Shown in pieces: positions 11,788-24,072 of a DNA stretch of 64,000 nt. The translations under genes and the position numbers were made by a program. Origin of the DNA: Cyanidioschyzon merolae (lineage: Eukaryota); NCBI GenBank assembly GCA_000091205.1, contig AP006495.2. The stretch is one strand, 5' to 3'. Position 1 is the stretch's first letter; every line of letters starts with the position of its first letter. The notes below the pieces were generated by a model. That model did no database searches, had not been told where the DNA came from, and worked only from the letters and a program-made list of their open reading frames with translations.

Positions 11788-13093
11788 TCACTGACTGCTT
11801 CTTCCTCCACTCTCTATAGCTCGCACCTCCGGTTTTGAACGCGCGAGTCTCCCTTGTTCCTCTACCTCTGTTGTAAGCAGTCGAAGGACGTTGATGGCAG
11901 CGTTCAAGTCTCGATTTGGCTGCACCCGGCTTCTGTCAGAGCATTTCATGCACAGACGGAAGTAGCGATCTAAGTTTCGGTTGCTATGTTCATCTCCTGT
12001 ATTTTCAGCCTCGATGTGCGATTCGCAGCAGTAACATTTGGCTATTGTTAGGTGTTCCCATATGTCCAACAAAACTCCTTTTCCGGGTGCAGCCCTGTCG
12101 GACGTGACGGTCCGCTTCATCGCTCGATATAATCTCATGACTGGTACAGAATGATCCCCCGGATGCCCTCCTTTGTTTCCACGCGGGTTGCTGTGCACGA
12201 GGATCGCGGATTTGTTCTGGGCAAAATTCTCAGTGAGTAGCCCTTCCTTTCTACGCAAACGGGCAAGCGGATCCATTCGAGAGAGGACTTTTTGGAATGA
12301 TATGTTGTCCGTGATGAATCGGGTATCGAAAGGAAAACCAATGCCGAAGTACAAGCTCAGAAATTTCGGTCCTTCTGTACACAGGTCATGTCAAATGGTC
12401 ACGTATTCTTGAAGTGAAGCGAAAGCTCCAATGACCGAAGTCCGCTTCCATGATTCTTTACCCTAAAAACAAAAAATACTCTAGCGCCGTGGACCAAATC
12501 ACATGAGTGGAACCATGCTATTGTGAAATGCCTTTTCTTTTTCGTCAAAGAGAATGGAAGATCTGTTCTTCGCATGGAATCGATAAATCTTACAGCTGAA
12601 TTCCAGGGATCTTCCGGCATCAGCAGCTGAACAGGTCCTCAGGGAACGACGTTCAGTTTTCCCTTCCTACTATTCAGGGGGCGCGTTTCAGTGTCCACGA
12701 TTTGCCTTGAAACGGAAAGAGCCATGCTTGAACAATTTGCGATTTGAGCATACCACGCGTGAGGAGAAGAAAAGATTGAAGGTTTTTACATATGCGTTGG
12801 AGGATGCTATCGCTTCTTTTACGAATTCTTGCCCGAGCGCTTCGCAACTCACATTGATAAAGGTGAGGTGACGAACTCGAGAGAGGAAGCGTCGAAGGAG
12901 CCACTTCGAAAAGATGACCTGGAATCCTCAGAGTACTTGTGAACCCGTGAGTCCTTAGTGCTGCACATCCAATGTCGAGGATGCACATCGAAAAAGTGCG
13001 GAAAAAATAAGATGGCATAAACAAAGCGAGCGATCTAATGTTCGATTTACCTCTGACACGGACATCGCCATGTGCTCGCTGCGCGAATCTCAA
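11788..13093 (-). pseudogene. frameshifted TnpB/Fanzor-like RuvC nuclease relic (about 400 codons across three frames)
   Basis: C-terminal piece: GVLLDIWEH (RuvC-II Glu region), TIAKCYCCESH...LCMKCSDRS (CxxC...CxxC zinc finger), NRDLNAAINVLRL (RuvC-III). Upstream, in another frame, CILDIGCAALRTHG resembles RuvC-I GIDxG. The three ORFs 11788..12354, 12399..12620 and 12674..13093 are in three different frames. Confidence 0.65.
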
Positions 13094-13324
13094 GCGACGT
13101 CTTACAAAGCTCGGAAGCTCTTATCTGTCCAGAACATTGCACTCACAGCGCTTCCTCACTATAGTCGACAGTGCCGCTGCTCGTTTAGCGAGAGAGCGAG
13201 AGGAAAATCCTCCCGAAAACATATCACTTCCTAATTTCGGTCTGAAGCAACCGTTTTCGGACTGGTCTGGCAGTTTTTCAAAGAACACGCCATACTTGTC
13301 CCCGGAAATAGTCCGTTGGCTGCC

Positions 13325-14350
13325 ATGTTTACGCTCCAGTACTTGAACCCAGTGCGCGTCAAAGCATCTGTGCGGCAGGGGGGTGTAGCGGTTTGCCGCA
13401 GGGACCAGAGACGCGTGCGGCTTGTGCCTGCGATACATGCGCAACTCTTGCGGAACTTGAAGTATGCGATTCCTGACGAGAAATTCAAACAGTTTGCTAC
13501 CCGCTCCGGCGGGGAGTTTATCGGCTTTGAGGCGTATTTCGATGCGACGACTGGAGAACCGCTCGAAGTACCAGAGCGTTTTGTTCCTCAGGAGTACCGC
13601 GACTGGCACGTTCGTGTGTTCGGTCTCGATGAAAACTACTCAGAGGCTATTGATGGGGCCACGCTTTTTGGCAAAAGGCAGCTTATAGACGTGAAGGTTG
13701 GTTGCCAAGAAGATGCTGTGAGTGCAGAGGCAAAGCATATCACTATAGATCTCAGCAGAACGGATATGCATGCAGTATTCCCATGTGGATGCTTCTCAGC
13801 ACGTCTATCAGCGACCTCAGCACACGATGAGAAAGTTTTGTTCTCTTTAATATTTCGCGATTTGAAAGAGCTGCGTCGCATCCAAATCGAATTCACCGCG
13901 TTTCCGCTGGAGTCGAAGCACCCGTTTGGTCGGGAGATTGTCGTTCGGCGCGAAATGTATGATCAGCCGTTTAACGGGGGGGTTCAGCTCATCGGTTGCG
14001 GCGGCAAAGTTGAGAGCTTCGTTACATTTGAACGCCGGCTAGGTTCACCCCGCGGCCTGCGTCGTCGCATTTGCTCGCTAGACGATCACGTGTCTATGGA
14101 AACGATTCGGGATCTTGCAGGAGATACTCGACAAGAATTTAGAGAGGTACACTTTCTGAGCTTGCCGGCAAACATCAGCGTGCGTCGTTATGCGACGCGC
14201 GATGCAAGTACACTCGTCTATGAGGCTGCTGCTATGATCAGTGATCTCTCGACTGGGCCTGGTCCAGCGCTAGCGCTGGCAAGGAACTACGATGCAAGCA
14301 CTGGCCAATACAAGGGCTCAGAGCTTTTCATCGAATTCTTTGAGAACTAA
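13325..14350 (+). CDS. hypothetical protein (341 aa), no family recognised
   Basis: Long clean ORF (first ATG at 13325; the track ORF starts TTG at 13316) with normal amino-acid composition. Its last 23 bp overlap the 3' end of the convergent P5A-ATPase gene. Confidence 0.55.
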   Translation: MFTLQYLNPVRVKASVRQGGVAVCRRDQRRVRLVPAIHAQLLRNLKYAIPDEKFKQFATRSGGEFIGFEAYFDATTGEPLEVPERFVPQEYRDWHVRVFGLDENYSEAIDGATLFGKRQLIDVKVGCQEDAVSAEAKHITIDLSRTDMHAVFPCGCFSARLSATSAHDEKVLFSLIFRDLKELRRIQIEFTAFPLESKHPFGREIVVRREMYDQPFNGGVQLIGCGGKVESFVTFERRLGSPRGLRRRICSLDDHVSMETIRDLAGDTRQEFREVHFLSLPANISVRRYATRDASTLVYEAAAMISDLSTGPGPALALARNYDASTGQYKGSELFIEFFEN

Positions 14351-17300
14351 GCGTTGCGAGGTAATGCACAAGAATGTTCCAGATCCAAGCTGCGATAAAG
14401 TCGCCGCTCAGGAGAGCGAAAACAAGCCAACGAGCTTGCCAACTAGGCAACGCTGCGAGCTCCATGTACTGATTCAGTTCGGGCGACACTTCCAGACATG
14501 CAGCAAGCATTAGAAAAGCGCAAGCTAGAAGCGAATATAGCAGGGCCTTGTTCTTCGTTATGCTCTGCATGAATGGTTCGCCCTTGTAATTGACCAGAAA
14601 GACCGAGACCTGCTGCATCGTTGACAGAAGAAAAACGATCGTATTGAGGATATTTGGCGCAAATTCCCCCTTGAGATCCACTTCAAAGTCTGGAGGAAGG
14701 TATGCCTGCGACAGCGCTGTGCAGCATGCAAGCGCGAAGAGGTGAATCGCGAACTGACCCACAAGCGATATGAACAGACTTGGTGTAAACATGGAGCGAG
14801 GGGGACGCTGTGGCGCCAGCCGAGCAAGCGGTTTGCCGCGCGATACAAAATAAAATGCAATTGCGATCAGAATACCGGTAACCGTCATCTGCCGATCACC
14901 AAATTTGACTCCCTCCAAATAAAGCACACTGAGGCTGTACGCAGATATCAGGCAATTCAGAGCAAGAATTTGATACATTTGCAACGTTGTCACCAGCGTG
15001 CAGCGACCTTGTCGGATTATGTCCACACAACTAGCAATGCTCGCTCGCTTAGACGTAAAGGGCGAGGCGATTGATGCATCTCCCAACCGCACAATTGGCA
15101 TCTCGTTATCCAGTTCCAACAGAGAGCCCGACCTAGGTCCATGCGAGGATTCAGAACGTCTGTGGTCCCCATTGTGAGATCTTGTCGAAGTGCTTGCATG
15201 CGCTCGCAAACTGGCATTTGCGGCAGTGGACCCGAGCTGCGGATCCAATGACGGGCGACTCTGTGCAGAGGGCGATCCTAGAGTATCCTGCTTGGCGACG
15301 GATTGTAGCAGCGCCACGCCGACGTGCGCCTGCTTGAGGGCGCCCACGTCATTGGTCCCATCACCACACATTAGGCAGTACATTCCGGCATCCTTCAAGC
15401 TAGTGATAACGAGTTCTTTTTGCGAAGGGGTCATTCGGGCGAAAACTTGGACATATTGAAGCAGCTCCTTCAAGCTCGCGCCACGCATCCGATACTCGTT
15501 CAGCACGTCACCAGTCATCGCCAAATTGTATTCAGAGCCAAGCTTGGGCAACTCAGCAGCCTCAAATTTCCGACTATTTTCGATTTTCCCATGCATGGCG
15601 CGTGACGGCTTCACCCACACAAAATCGCTCGTTGCTGCTTCTCCCGGCCTCGTGCAGAGAATAAGATTCTTCTTCCTACGAGAGCAAATTCCAGTTTCAA
15701 GCGCGACATACAACGCGGTCATGAGCGAGTCACCTGTAATCATCGCCACTAGATGATTTGACTTGCGAAGGGCCTTAATTGCGCCACGGGAATCTGGTCT
15801 CGCAGGACACCGAAAGGCAGCAAAACCTGCAAATTGAAGCTCGCACTCGATCGCACCCCTGCTGAGCCGCCGTATCTCCGCATGGGTCATTTCGGCCGAC
15901 AACTCTTTCGTTGCGAGTGCAATCACGCGCATACCGTCCATCGCGAGTTGGCGATACTGCGCATCATAATCAGGGGGAACCTCCCTCAGGCAACCACGAA
16001 CTGACTCGGGAGATCCCTTGACGAGACTGAGAAGGTACGGTGTCCTGGTAGATTCTCCATCTGATACGGATACGGCTACACTCATCCGCTGAATGGTAGC
16101 ATCGAAACCGTGCCGCTGCAGTATCTGTATACGTGTTCCCCGACATGATCCCTCCCGCGCGTAGACTGTATTGTTGGCACCGAGGGTCCAACCGATTGCC
16201 CTGAAGGCAGCTGACTCGATGGGGTCACCGGAAACCTCTCCGCTCAGGGAAACCAGCGAGTTACAAGCAGCCAAAACCAGTATCGCATGTTTCGGCATGT
16301 TTTCCGCTGGGGTCAGCGAGTCCTGGCCAGTACACAAAAGTCCAGCAAAGTCAAGTCTGTCGACGGTTAGGGTTCCCGTCTTATCAAAAAGGCACACGTC
16401 GAGCATACCGGCGTACGGGATCCGGAACGGTTCTGTGCAGAAAATCCCCATCTTTGCGAGATCCGCAAGCGAGCCCTGAACTGCGAGAGAAAGCTGCATT
16501 GGGAGCTCAGGCGGGATCACCGACGTGATAATCAGCACGCAGTGCAACAACAGTTCATACCGAGATCTTGAAGGATCGCGCAGACCGTGGTGAAGCACGT
16601 ACGCCGAGGCTACTACCGCGAATACCAAAAGAAAAAGAATACAGAGAAAGCTCTCTCGGTTGTTCGCCGAAGCTGTCTGGCTGGAATACATAATCGTGCG
16701 CAACAGTTTTCCCTGTGCAGATCCGAACCCCGTGCGGAGAACGCAACCAACACAGTAATTGCCCGGTGGTGGAGGAATCGAGCCCCAGTCATTTCCTGGG
16801 GTTTCAGTTTGCAAGAGCATTGTCCCGCCGAAAAGGACATGCATCTTGTCCTTGGTTCGCGGTTGAAGTTCCGATCCATTGCTTCCAGCACTTCTGGCCG
16901 CTTCTGATTCCTCTATTCTAAGGGCTTCTTTCATCAGAGGAACAGATTCTCCAGTTAGCAGCGATTCGTTCACAACAACCTTTCCTGCCAGCAAAAGAAT
17001 ATCGCAAGGCACTGCTAAACCCTGGGGACTTGTGCCTAGGGCCACAAGGTCGAGCGGTACTAGCTTATCGGAGAGCACCCGCTTCCATTTGGCGTCCCTG
17101 TATGCGAGCAACGGGTACGGCTGGATGCGCATGTCGCGCAACTCTCGGAGGCTGCGCTGTCGTGATCGGACGACTGTTGCCTCGAAACTAAGCATCATAC
17201 CGAGCGTCATGAGAGAGTACTTCCACATTTCATCGAGACACCACAGAATGACACAGAAAACTTGGAAAGCGAAAAGCGGTGCTGTAAGCTGCTCCTTATA

Positions 17301-17843
17301 GAGCTCCCAGAAACTGGGCATAGGAATTTGCAACCTATTCTGGCCGTACTGTTCGAGCTTTGTAGAGACCTCCGCTGTGCTCAAGCCTTTCACACCCTCA
17401 TGGAGATAGAAGCTCAAGGGAAACTCATCCGGGTACCGCAGCTTGCAGAACCTATGCTCACCATCATCAAAGTAATAACGACGACACTGAAACTCGAAAA
17501 AAAACTTGTCATGCTCTTTTCGAAGTGCTACAATTTCTGGACGGCCACGATGAACCCGCGGCTCGACTAAGAGATGCGTACTTTGAACTAGGTCGCTCGT
17601 GACAAAATAGCCTATTCGACGATCAAAGTGCGCTGACCAAAAGCGGGCCAACCAGCACAAGATCTGTAGGATCACCGCCGCTCCCAGGCACAGAAGCGTG
17701 CTGAACGCACTCCATTGTTTTACCGCGAACAAAACTCCGAGTGTTACGTAGGCGACAAGAAAAGGTTGCACATCAAGACGTTGCCAAAAGCCGCGTTTTT
17801 TTAGCAGGGTAACGCGTGTGATCACTTTTCCGTCCGTTCTCAT
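14328..17843 (-). CDS. P5A-type cation-transporting ATPase (Spf1/ATP13A1 family)
   Basis: DKTGTLT phosphorylation motif (CLFDKTGTLTVDRL), GDGTNDVGALKQAHVGVAL hinge, P5 signature PPELPMQ. About 1170 aa from the ATG at 17843 (the track ORF extends to a TTG at 17960). Uninterrupted. Confidence 0.9.
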   Translation of the reverse strand: MRTDGKVITRVTLLKKRGFWQRLDVQPFLVAYVTLGVLFAVKQWSAFSTLLCLGAAVILQILCWLARFWSAHFDRRIGYFVTSDLVQSTHLLVEPRVHRGRPEIVALRKEHDKFFFEFQCRRYYFDDGEHRFCKLRYPDEFPLSFYLHEGVKGLSTAEVSTKLEQYGQNRLQIPMPSFWELYKEQLTAPLFAFQVFCVILWCLDEMWKYSLMTLGMMLSFEATVVRSRQRSLRELRDMRIQPYPLLAYRDAKWKRVLSDKLVPLDLVALGTSPQGLAVPCDILLLAGKVVVNESLLTGESVPLMKEALRIEESEAARSAGSNGSELQPRTKDKMHVLFGGTMLLQTETPGNDWGSIPPPPGNYCVGCVLRTGFGSAQGKLLRTIMYSSQTASANNRESFLCILFLLVFAVVASAYVLHHGLRDPSRSRYELLLHCVLIITSVIPPELPMQLSLAVQGSLADLAKMGIFCTEPFRIPYAGMLDVCLFDKTGTLTVDRLDFAGLLCTGQDSLTPAENMPKHAILVLAACNSLVSLSGEVSGDPIESAAFRAIGWTLGANNTVYAREGSCRGTRIQILQRHGFDATIQRMSVAVSVSDGESTRTPYLLSLVKGSPESVRGCLREVPPDYDAQYRQLAMDGMRVIALATKELSAEMTHAEIRRLSRGAIECELQFAGFAAFRCPARPDSRGAIKALRKSNHLVAMITGDSLMTALYVALETGICSRRKKNLILCTRPGEAATSDFVWVKPSRAMHGKIENSRKFEAAELPKLGSEYNLAMTGDVLNEYRMRGASLKELLQYVQVFARMTPSQKELVITSLKDAGMYCLMCGDGTNDVGALKQAHVGVALLQSVAKQDTLGSPSAQSRPSLDPQLGSTAANASLRAHASTSTRSHNGDHRRSESSHGPRSGSLLELDNEMPIVRLGDASIASPFTSKRASIASCVDIIRQGRCTLVTTLQMYQILALNCLISAYSLSVLYLEGVKFGDRQMTVTGILIAIAFYFVSRGKPLARLAPQRPPRSMFTPSLFISLVGQFAIHLFALACCTALSQAYLPPDFEVDLKGEFAPNILNTIVFLLSTMQQVSVFLVNYKGEPFMQSITKNKALLYSLLACAFLMLAACLEVSPELNQYMELAALPSWQARWLVFALLSGDFIAAWIWNILVHYLATLSSQRIR

Positions 17844-18379
17844 CGGGTGCAGTACAAGTACCGGGTCACGTTCTGCGAGGGATATACGCCGAGCGCCGTG
17901 TTTGTTGTTTACGAACTGTATTGCGCTTTGAGGGACGCGCCTGCAGCTGTTCCCGAACAACTCGGTATATCTGACAGTGTGCGCTTCTCATGGGAAACTG
18001 GTCAGTTTTGCTTGGAAAAGCAGCTCGTTTGGGTGAGTTTGTTCTTGTGCCCTCTGCTTTTCTTGCAGGCAGCCTGCTTTTATGGTCAAGAAGGAGCCCT
18101 AGTGAACGTACGGAAAAAACTGCAAATACGACGAGGACCTGAATGCGAGACAGCCGAGTTGCCAACACGCGACGCTGTGCAATCTTTTTGACGTTGATCA
18201 CGTGATAGAAACCTCATGTCTGGAGCTGACGGCTGCTCTGAGGGCTGAGCAGCGGCTACGGGGTCGCTCGGCAACCTAACGTAGAAAACACGCCGTGCGG
18301 AGCCGTTCTGAGAACTCTTGGCGTCCTACTGAAGGCTCACAGCTTGTAAAGCATTAGAATGATTAGATGAAAATAGTTT

Positions 18380-20500
18380 TTATGTGGAAGCCCCTGAGGG
18401 ATCGTTCGAAACGACGTTGCTGATTGGGAAACGAAAGTCCTCGCTTACCCCCATACTCCACATAAACTTTTCCTGTAGCGCGCGAGGGAATATTCGCTCA
18501 ATAGGAACCTCATGTCTTTTGCACCAAGCAACTGTTATTCGCGGATCTAAATAGTTGATCTTAGAGGTGCTCAACGACACCGTAGCGAGCGAATCCCTCG
18601 TTTTCAGGTCAGCCTCTAGGCGCCTGATTTTTTCCTGTGTTTGCGCTATTCCTCGTGTGATAGACGCGAGCCCCATGTTCACTACCTGTTTTTCTTTCGG
18701 TCGCTTTTCGGCCTCCTCGCGAATGCGCTTTCGCTCAGCGAGGGAGCAGTCCTCGGGAATCTCAACTACTGGCCGTCGCCAGCGTGTTACTTGTGCGCGG
18801 CTGTCTGGAGATGCCTGAGCCTTTCCTCGAGCCATTTTGAGCGCCTCAAGATACGCTCTGCTCTCCTCTAGCTTATCGCGCAGTCTTTCAAGCATTAACG
18901 AATGAGTCTTTGGAAGGGATCGCTGATGGTTACATAATACAGCTACATCTTTGTTCGCCTCATTGTAGAACAGAAGGCGCGAATGAATATCCGGTCCAGG
19001 GGTTTTCACGCTGTGCAAAAGCTTATCAAGGGTGTAAGATGCATTGTAGGTGCGAAAAACTTTCGCAGATAGGCCCGGCATTAGGCTTTTCAAATAGTCA
19101 TTAAGTTCCTCGACTTTCAGTTCGTCGAATACATTATCTGATACTCGTTTTCCTTTCAAGAACTCTCGCAGGCGATGAAAAACTAGCGCTTCGACTCGCA
19201 CTCTGTTAAAGTATCGCATCGAATCCTTGCCGAGAAAGTCGAGCTGCACTATATTAGGCTCTTGAAGGGTTATGTGTTCTACCCGCAGGGAGCAGCAACC
19301 AACAGTGTCCGCTTCGTCTTCTCCTTTCTCGTTCCCGACTCGGAGTGCAAGCTTATCAATAAGATACAGTGCGACGGATCTCTGCTGCGTGTGCCTATCA
19401 GCAGATTCTAATCCTTTCGTGTACTCATTGCGTATCTTCGTGATATGCTTGCTCAGCTGCTGCGCCTTCTCAAATTTTTCTTGATCGCTCATCGCCTTGA
19501 AGTGCGAAGACGCACTCAGCCAGACGTACTTGTACTCATCGGAGATTGGATCTCGCCAGCAAGCCAGCCACGTGACCCTCTGGTTGTGCACGATGGATCC
19601 CCAGTCATGGCCTTTAAATGGACACGGCGGAATAGGTGCGTCACGACCAAGATTCAGTGTGACATCCTCTGGGAATATGCGACGTTTGACTCGGCCCATT
19701 AGCGGATGGTCACCGCGCCCCAGGAAGAGACCCGGAGGCTCGACACGATAATTGGCCACTTTCTCCTTGCGTCCATCAACGATTGCAACCGTGTAATGCG
19801 CAACTCTTTGCGCTTCCGCTTCTCGTAACTCTTTCCGTTTGCTTGGAGGCATGCTTTGTTTTCGTTCTTTCAGCTCGTCGAGATACTCCCGGATACGGCT
19901 GAAGTCACAGTGTTCGAGTTTCACGATGCGCTTCCGTAAATCAACGGGCAAGGTCTTCCGAAAGTCGTCAAAAAAGTTTTTCCGAAATGTTTCCTTTTCT
20001 AAATAAACAGTTCCCAACTTCGACGCATAAAAGGTGGCCACTTCTTCGGCCTCGGGCGGGAGCGCTATTTCGCAGCCATCGTAGAGTAGAGGCCGTCCGT
20101 GCGGTTCATATTCCGGAGGGAATAAGACTCCGTTATGTTCGAGGCTGCACCACTTGATCGATTCATCTTCCGCTCTATGTTTAGTACTTGTTGCCTGCAA
20201 CTTTTTCGCCTTGCGGTGCTTTTCGGCTTTCATTCGTTCGCATTTCCTTTTCGGCGCTTTTCGACATGGTTCGACTTTGCCCTTCCTTCTACTGCACTCC
20301 TTCTTTCTTTCCGTACCAATAAGTAGAGCTAGAGGCAGTTCATCTTCCGAAAGTGCAGCTGAGGAAGACTTCTTGGCAACCTGTATCGACGGTGCGCCGA
20401 AGCCACCTTGTCTGGCAACTGAAACAACTCTCGGCACCGATTCTCCAGAGTTCCCAAGGAGTTCAGAAAGCGGTATCTCGTCAGGGTCCTGCTGATGCAT
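18380..20500 (-). CDS. TOP1: DNA topoisomerase I, eukaryotic type IB
   Basis: Core and catalytic region with active-site Tyr in [28 protein letters not shown] (human: [26 protein letters not shown]). Lys/Glu-rich N-terminal domain; [15 protein letters not shown] core start. First ATG at 20500 (the track ORF starts GTG at 20644). Confidence 0.93.
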   Translation of the reverse strand: [706 protein letters not shown]

Positions 20501-20650
20501 AAACAGAGCACTCACTGCCAGCAACGAACACTTTAAAAGACAAACGCTGCAGTCTGCAGTGTACACTAGTGACGAGAAACCCGCCCCAGACAAGAACTCT
20601 ACACCTGATGTGCAGACGCCTCCCAGTCTTTTCGGACCGGCCACCCATTG

Positions 20651-21910
20651 CTACTTCAAATTTTTCTCAGATAGTTCCACTTTGAGGAATTCTCTTACAA
20701 AATTCTTTCGTGTCCACTTTGGATGTCTTCTTTCCATCACCGCACAACTGATGTTAATCGGGGCGTTCAAGTCTGGGTTCACAAACTTCACACGATTCCT
20801 CCCGTTGGTTCTACTCACTAATGCGAGTAGCCCTCGAACTTTCGCCATCCTTTCCATTCGCTCTTCTATAAGCTCTCCGTACTTTTTTATATCCTCAGGG
20901 CTCCGCTGGCACTTTTCCATCTCGACTTTCTGAAGTGTAGACCCCTGCTCATGGTGCGTATAGGACGTTCGGAACTCATCTATCGGTATCGTAACGAAAC
21001 GCCTTGTGCACTCCTTGTACGTTGTTGTTGACGGAGCTGGCGAAGTCCCTTTTTTCGACACCCAGCGCCCTGCTCCGTATGCTACTACGAGCCTCTGACT
21101 TTCATCCTCCTTCAGGGCGCTTAACTAATTGAAAAAGTTCGCGAACACATGCTGCTTCCCGCAGTATAGATTCATTCGCAGACAGGCCCATCGAAACTTT
21201 GTATACTCTTTCCACAGCGCCTCGCAACGGGCAACGAGAACCCCCATGAACTCCCGAAAAGCTTTCAAGTCCGCTCCGCGGCTGGTCACCTCGCTCAAAA
21301 CTTCCAGGTGATACTTCATTCCTGCATTCCAAGTCTCGAATTTCTTACTTGTATTCATGATTCCCGATTCTCGATAGTATCTTGCTCTCGAGATTCTCAA
21401 AAGACGCATATCTTTCTGATGCAAGTTACCGTGAATGCCATCTTCCGCACGCTTGGATACAGCGATGGTTATGATATTCGTGTTCCCTGGGTCTGCGCCA
21501 ACGATAAAGACGTCATCCTGCACTTTCCGCGTTCCAAGATCCTCCCCCTTCTTTTCTACATCCTTCATCATGGGCGATTCCGAACGCATGATAGGACGAT
21601 ACGCCCTCAAGCGCTTGTAGTGTACACACATGGATATTCCATCGGTTTCGATCATCCCCGTGAATATTTTTTGCTCGCTCGTTTTGAGACGTTTCAAACC
21701 GAAGATATTCTTTCAATGAAATATCCGGTTTTCGCCCGTAAACTCGTTCTTGCTGTCATCGAACTCCCGACTGATCATTTCATGATGCTGTAAAGGACTC
21801 TGGAGTCGATTGTTACAAAATGCCACTTGATGTTGCACACCGGAACGACGTTGAAACAGTTCCCTTGAAGCGCAGCCTCCCATTCTACGACACTGCATTT
21901 GCTTCCACAC
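20651..21910 (-). pseudogene. TnpB/Fanzor-like RuvC nuclease relic, one reading frame with two in-frame stops and a degraded zinc finger
   Basis: ORFs 21713..21910, 21125..21697 and 20651..21061 are all in the same frame, separated by single stops (TAG at 21125-21127). RuvC-I is [18 protein letters not shown]. RuvC-II/TSK is IPIDEFRTSYTHH. Degenerate RuvC-III is NPDLNAPINI. The Zn-finger cysteines are lost. Confidence 0.65.
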
Positions 21911-24072
21911 CCTGCTCCATATCGGACTTGCGTTCCATTTCTCGATGCAGGAACACGAAATAGCGCATGAAGGGGGAAAAATATCTTCCTCTCATCTTTT
22001 TTCATGTCTGATACTTTTTTGCTGGATTGACAAGTCCCCAAATGGCATGGTGCTCTTGAATATCCTCACGGATTACAGAACCTCCATTCCTGCTCCTTCA
22101 GAAATCGTTCGAAGTCCATGATCATGTGGTTCTTCGGGTCCGTGAGGTTCTTGGTCGCCCCGTAGAAGCAAATGCGCGAGTCACCCTATGTTGAACGCCA
22201 TTCAAGCATTCAAAAGGGGCGATTTTCATGCAGGACGAGCACTCGAGAGTTTTCCTCGGCATTTCCCTGTACCAAGCATCAGGTGGCGAATGAAGCTCAC
22301 CCTGTAAAATCCTCCGAAGTCTCGCTGTGTTGATGTCCTTGACTTAGTGGTATGTCTCTCTCACAATATGCATCAGTTTTAAAGAAGCGTAAGGAACACT
22401 ACTGGAGCACGACTCGACACGGTTTCTGATGAACACTTGCATCTGTAGCTTCTGCGGACCCTTTTTATGTCCAAGAAGACTGGCTTTCGCAACGATCTCA
22501 TCCTTGCGTCGCCTTTCGTGTAGCTTTTGGCGTCCGGCCTCCAGTTTCTGCTTCTTACTCTTCACTTGCTGCTCTGGTCTCGGCACTGTTTTCCGTTTCT
22601 TGTCGAACTCGGCGGCTCCAGGTCCCCGGGATCCGCGACTTGCATCTCCATATCATTTCTTAGATTATTTATTTCTTCAAATGAACATATTTCGAACATA
22701 TCTGCGATAAACCGTGAAAAAGCATTTGATTACATTTACCTAGGGGTAGAACAGAATTGAGTCGATAGCGATGAATGCGTTCCAGGCACGTCAATGAAGC
22801 ACACCGTATCAAACTTATTTACTCTGCACAAGGCGCATGAATATCGTTCGCTTCTCACTCACTAACTCAAAGTTCGTTTGGACCCCGTATGCGATCCAAT
22901 CGTTTCCGCGTCTCCTCAGACTACGCAAGAAAAGGCGACAGCGTCCTGTCGTGGAGGTTCTTGGCACTCCGCCAGACTTCCGATGGAAGCCGGATATCTA
23001 CCAGCAGCGTATCGGAGTGGGATTTAGAAAGGTTTCCCACTCGAATACAACACTTAACGAACTGCATTTTATTTCAGAGACGCTCTGATGAAGCATGCCG
23101 TTATCCAAAATTGTCGGAGCGCTCCCACAAACGTCGGTGTGCAGATCGCGGAAACGTGACATACATCCAGTCGCTTTGCAGTGAAAGAAAACGGAGCTTG
23201 CTAGAGGTGCACATGGTAAGCCACGCTCGAGAGAGCATAGCAACGCACCGTCATGCCTCAATATACAAACCATGCTTTTATTGCTATATGCAACTCTGGC
23301 ACTCGCTGCTGTCTCGCCCGAGCCGCAGCAACTGCTGGCTGGCACCAATCTTGAGCGTGAATCTCCTGGTGGAACGTCATGCGGACTGGACGCAGCCGTC
23401 CAGCCAGTGTCCTTTTTACCGAAGCAATATCGGGTTTTGGCTGCGAAGTCTCCGCAGATCGACTGTCATATGCTCCTCATACAAAGACGAGGGAGCCTGC
23501 CTTTGGGCTTTCGCGATCGTCGCCCCGCTCCTCCAGAATGTACTTTGGAGCAGCTTTCGCCAGCTTGCACGGCCTGCTAGACCAAGACGGACGAAGAGTT
23601 CTACGTCCGTAGTTCGGGCCCGTACCATATGAACTGTGGCCTCGAACAGACGCCATTAAAAGAAGAAAAAGACCATTCGGGTCTCCATGCGATATCACAT
23701 ACGTCGCTGGGTCGGTGCAGTCTCTTTTTCAGAAGGGAATGCTGGTTTGCGGTTGACGATAAACCATAGCGTCTTTTCGAGAACCGAGGTTTCTCTCATT
23801 GATACAGGCTTCGTTGCTGCGTTCGAGAGCAGCTCATAGGTAAATTGATCCTCGCTTGGAGAAAATTTTCCAAACGAAATCCGTCCGCGAACAGCTTGCG
23901 AGCGATCTGTGATGTACTTTGCTATTCACTCCCCAAAATCTGCAATTCAGAAAAGAGATACAAGCTTGGCTTACATACGACTCAATGCCAACCATCTCCG
24001 CAATCAATCAGCTATCGCGATATCCGCGAAACAAACCAATAGACGCTACCGCCATTCAACTTGCATGCAGTC

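Noticed and set aside
22344-22586. Lys/Arg-rich 80-aa ORF resembling a small ribosomal or nucleic-acid-binding protein
   Set aside because: It begins at GTG with no usable in-frame ATG near the 5' end. The printed sequence line at 22561 appears one base short, so the frame cannot be verified, and there is no family match.
22889-23632. 247-aa ORF (and 60963..61634, 223 aa; 51915..52514, 199 aa) as possible genes
   Set aside because: R/S/C-rich junk-like composition, no ATG-anchored conserved core, non-ATG starts, and they lie in repeat-rich or intergenic DNA. Most likely spurious ORFs from moderate-GC sequence.
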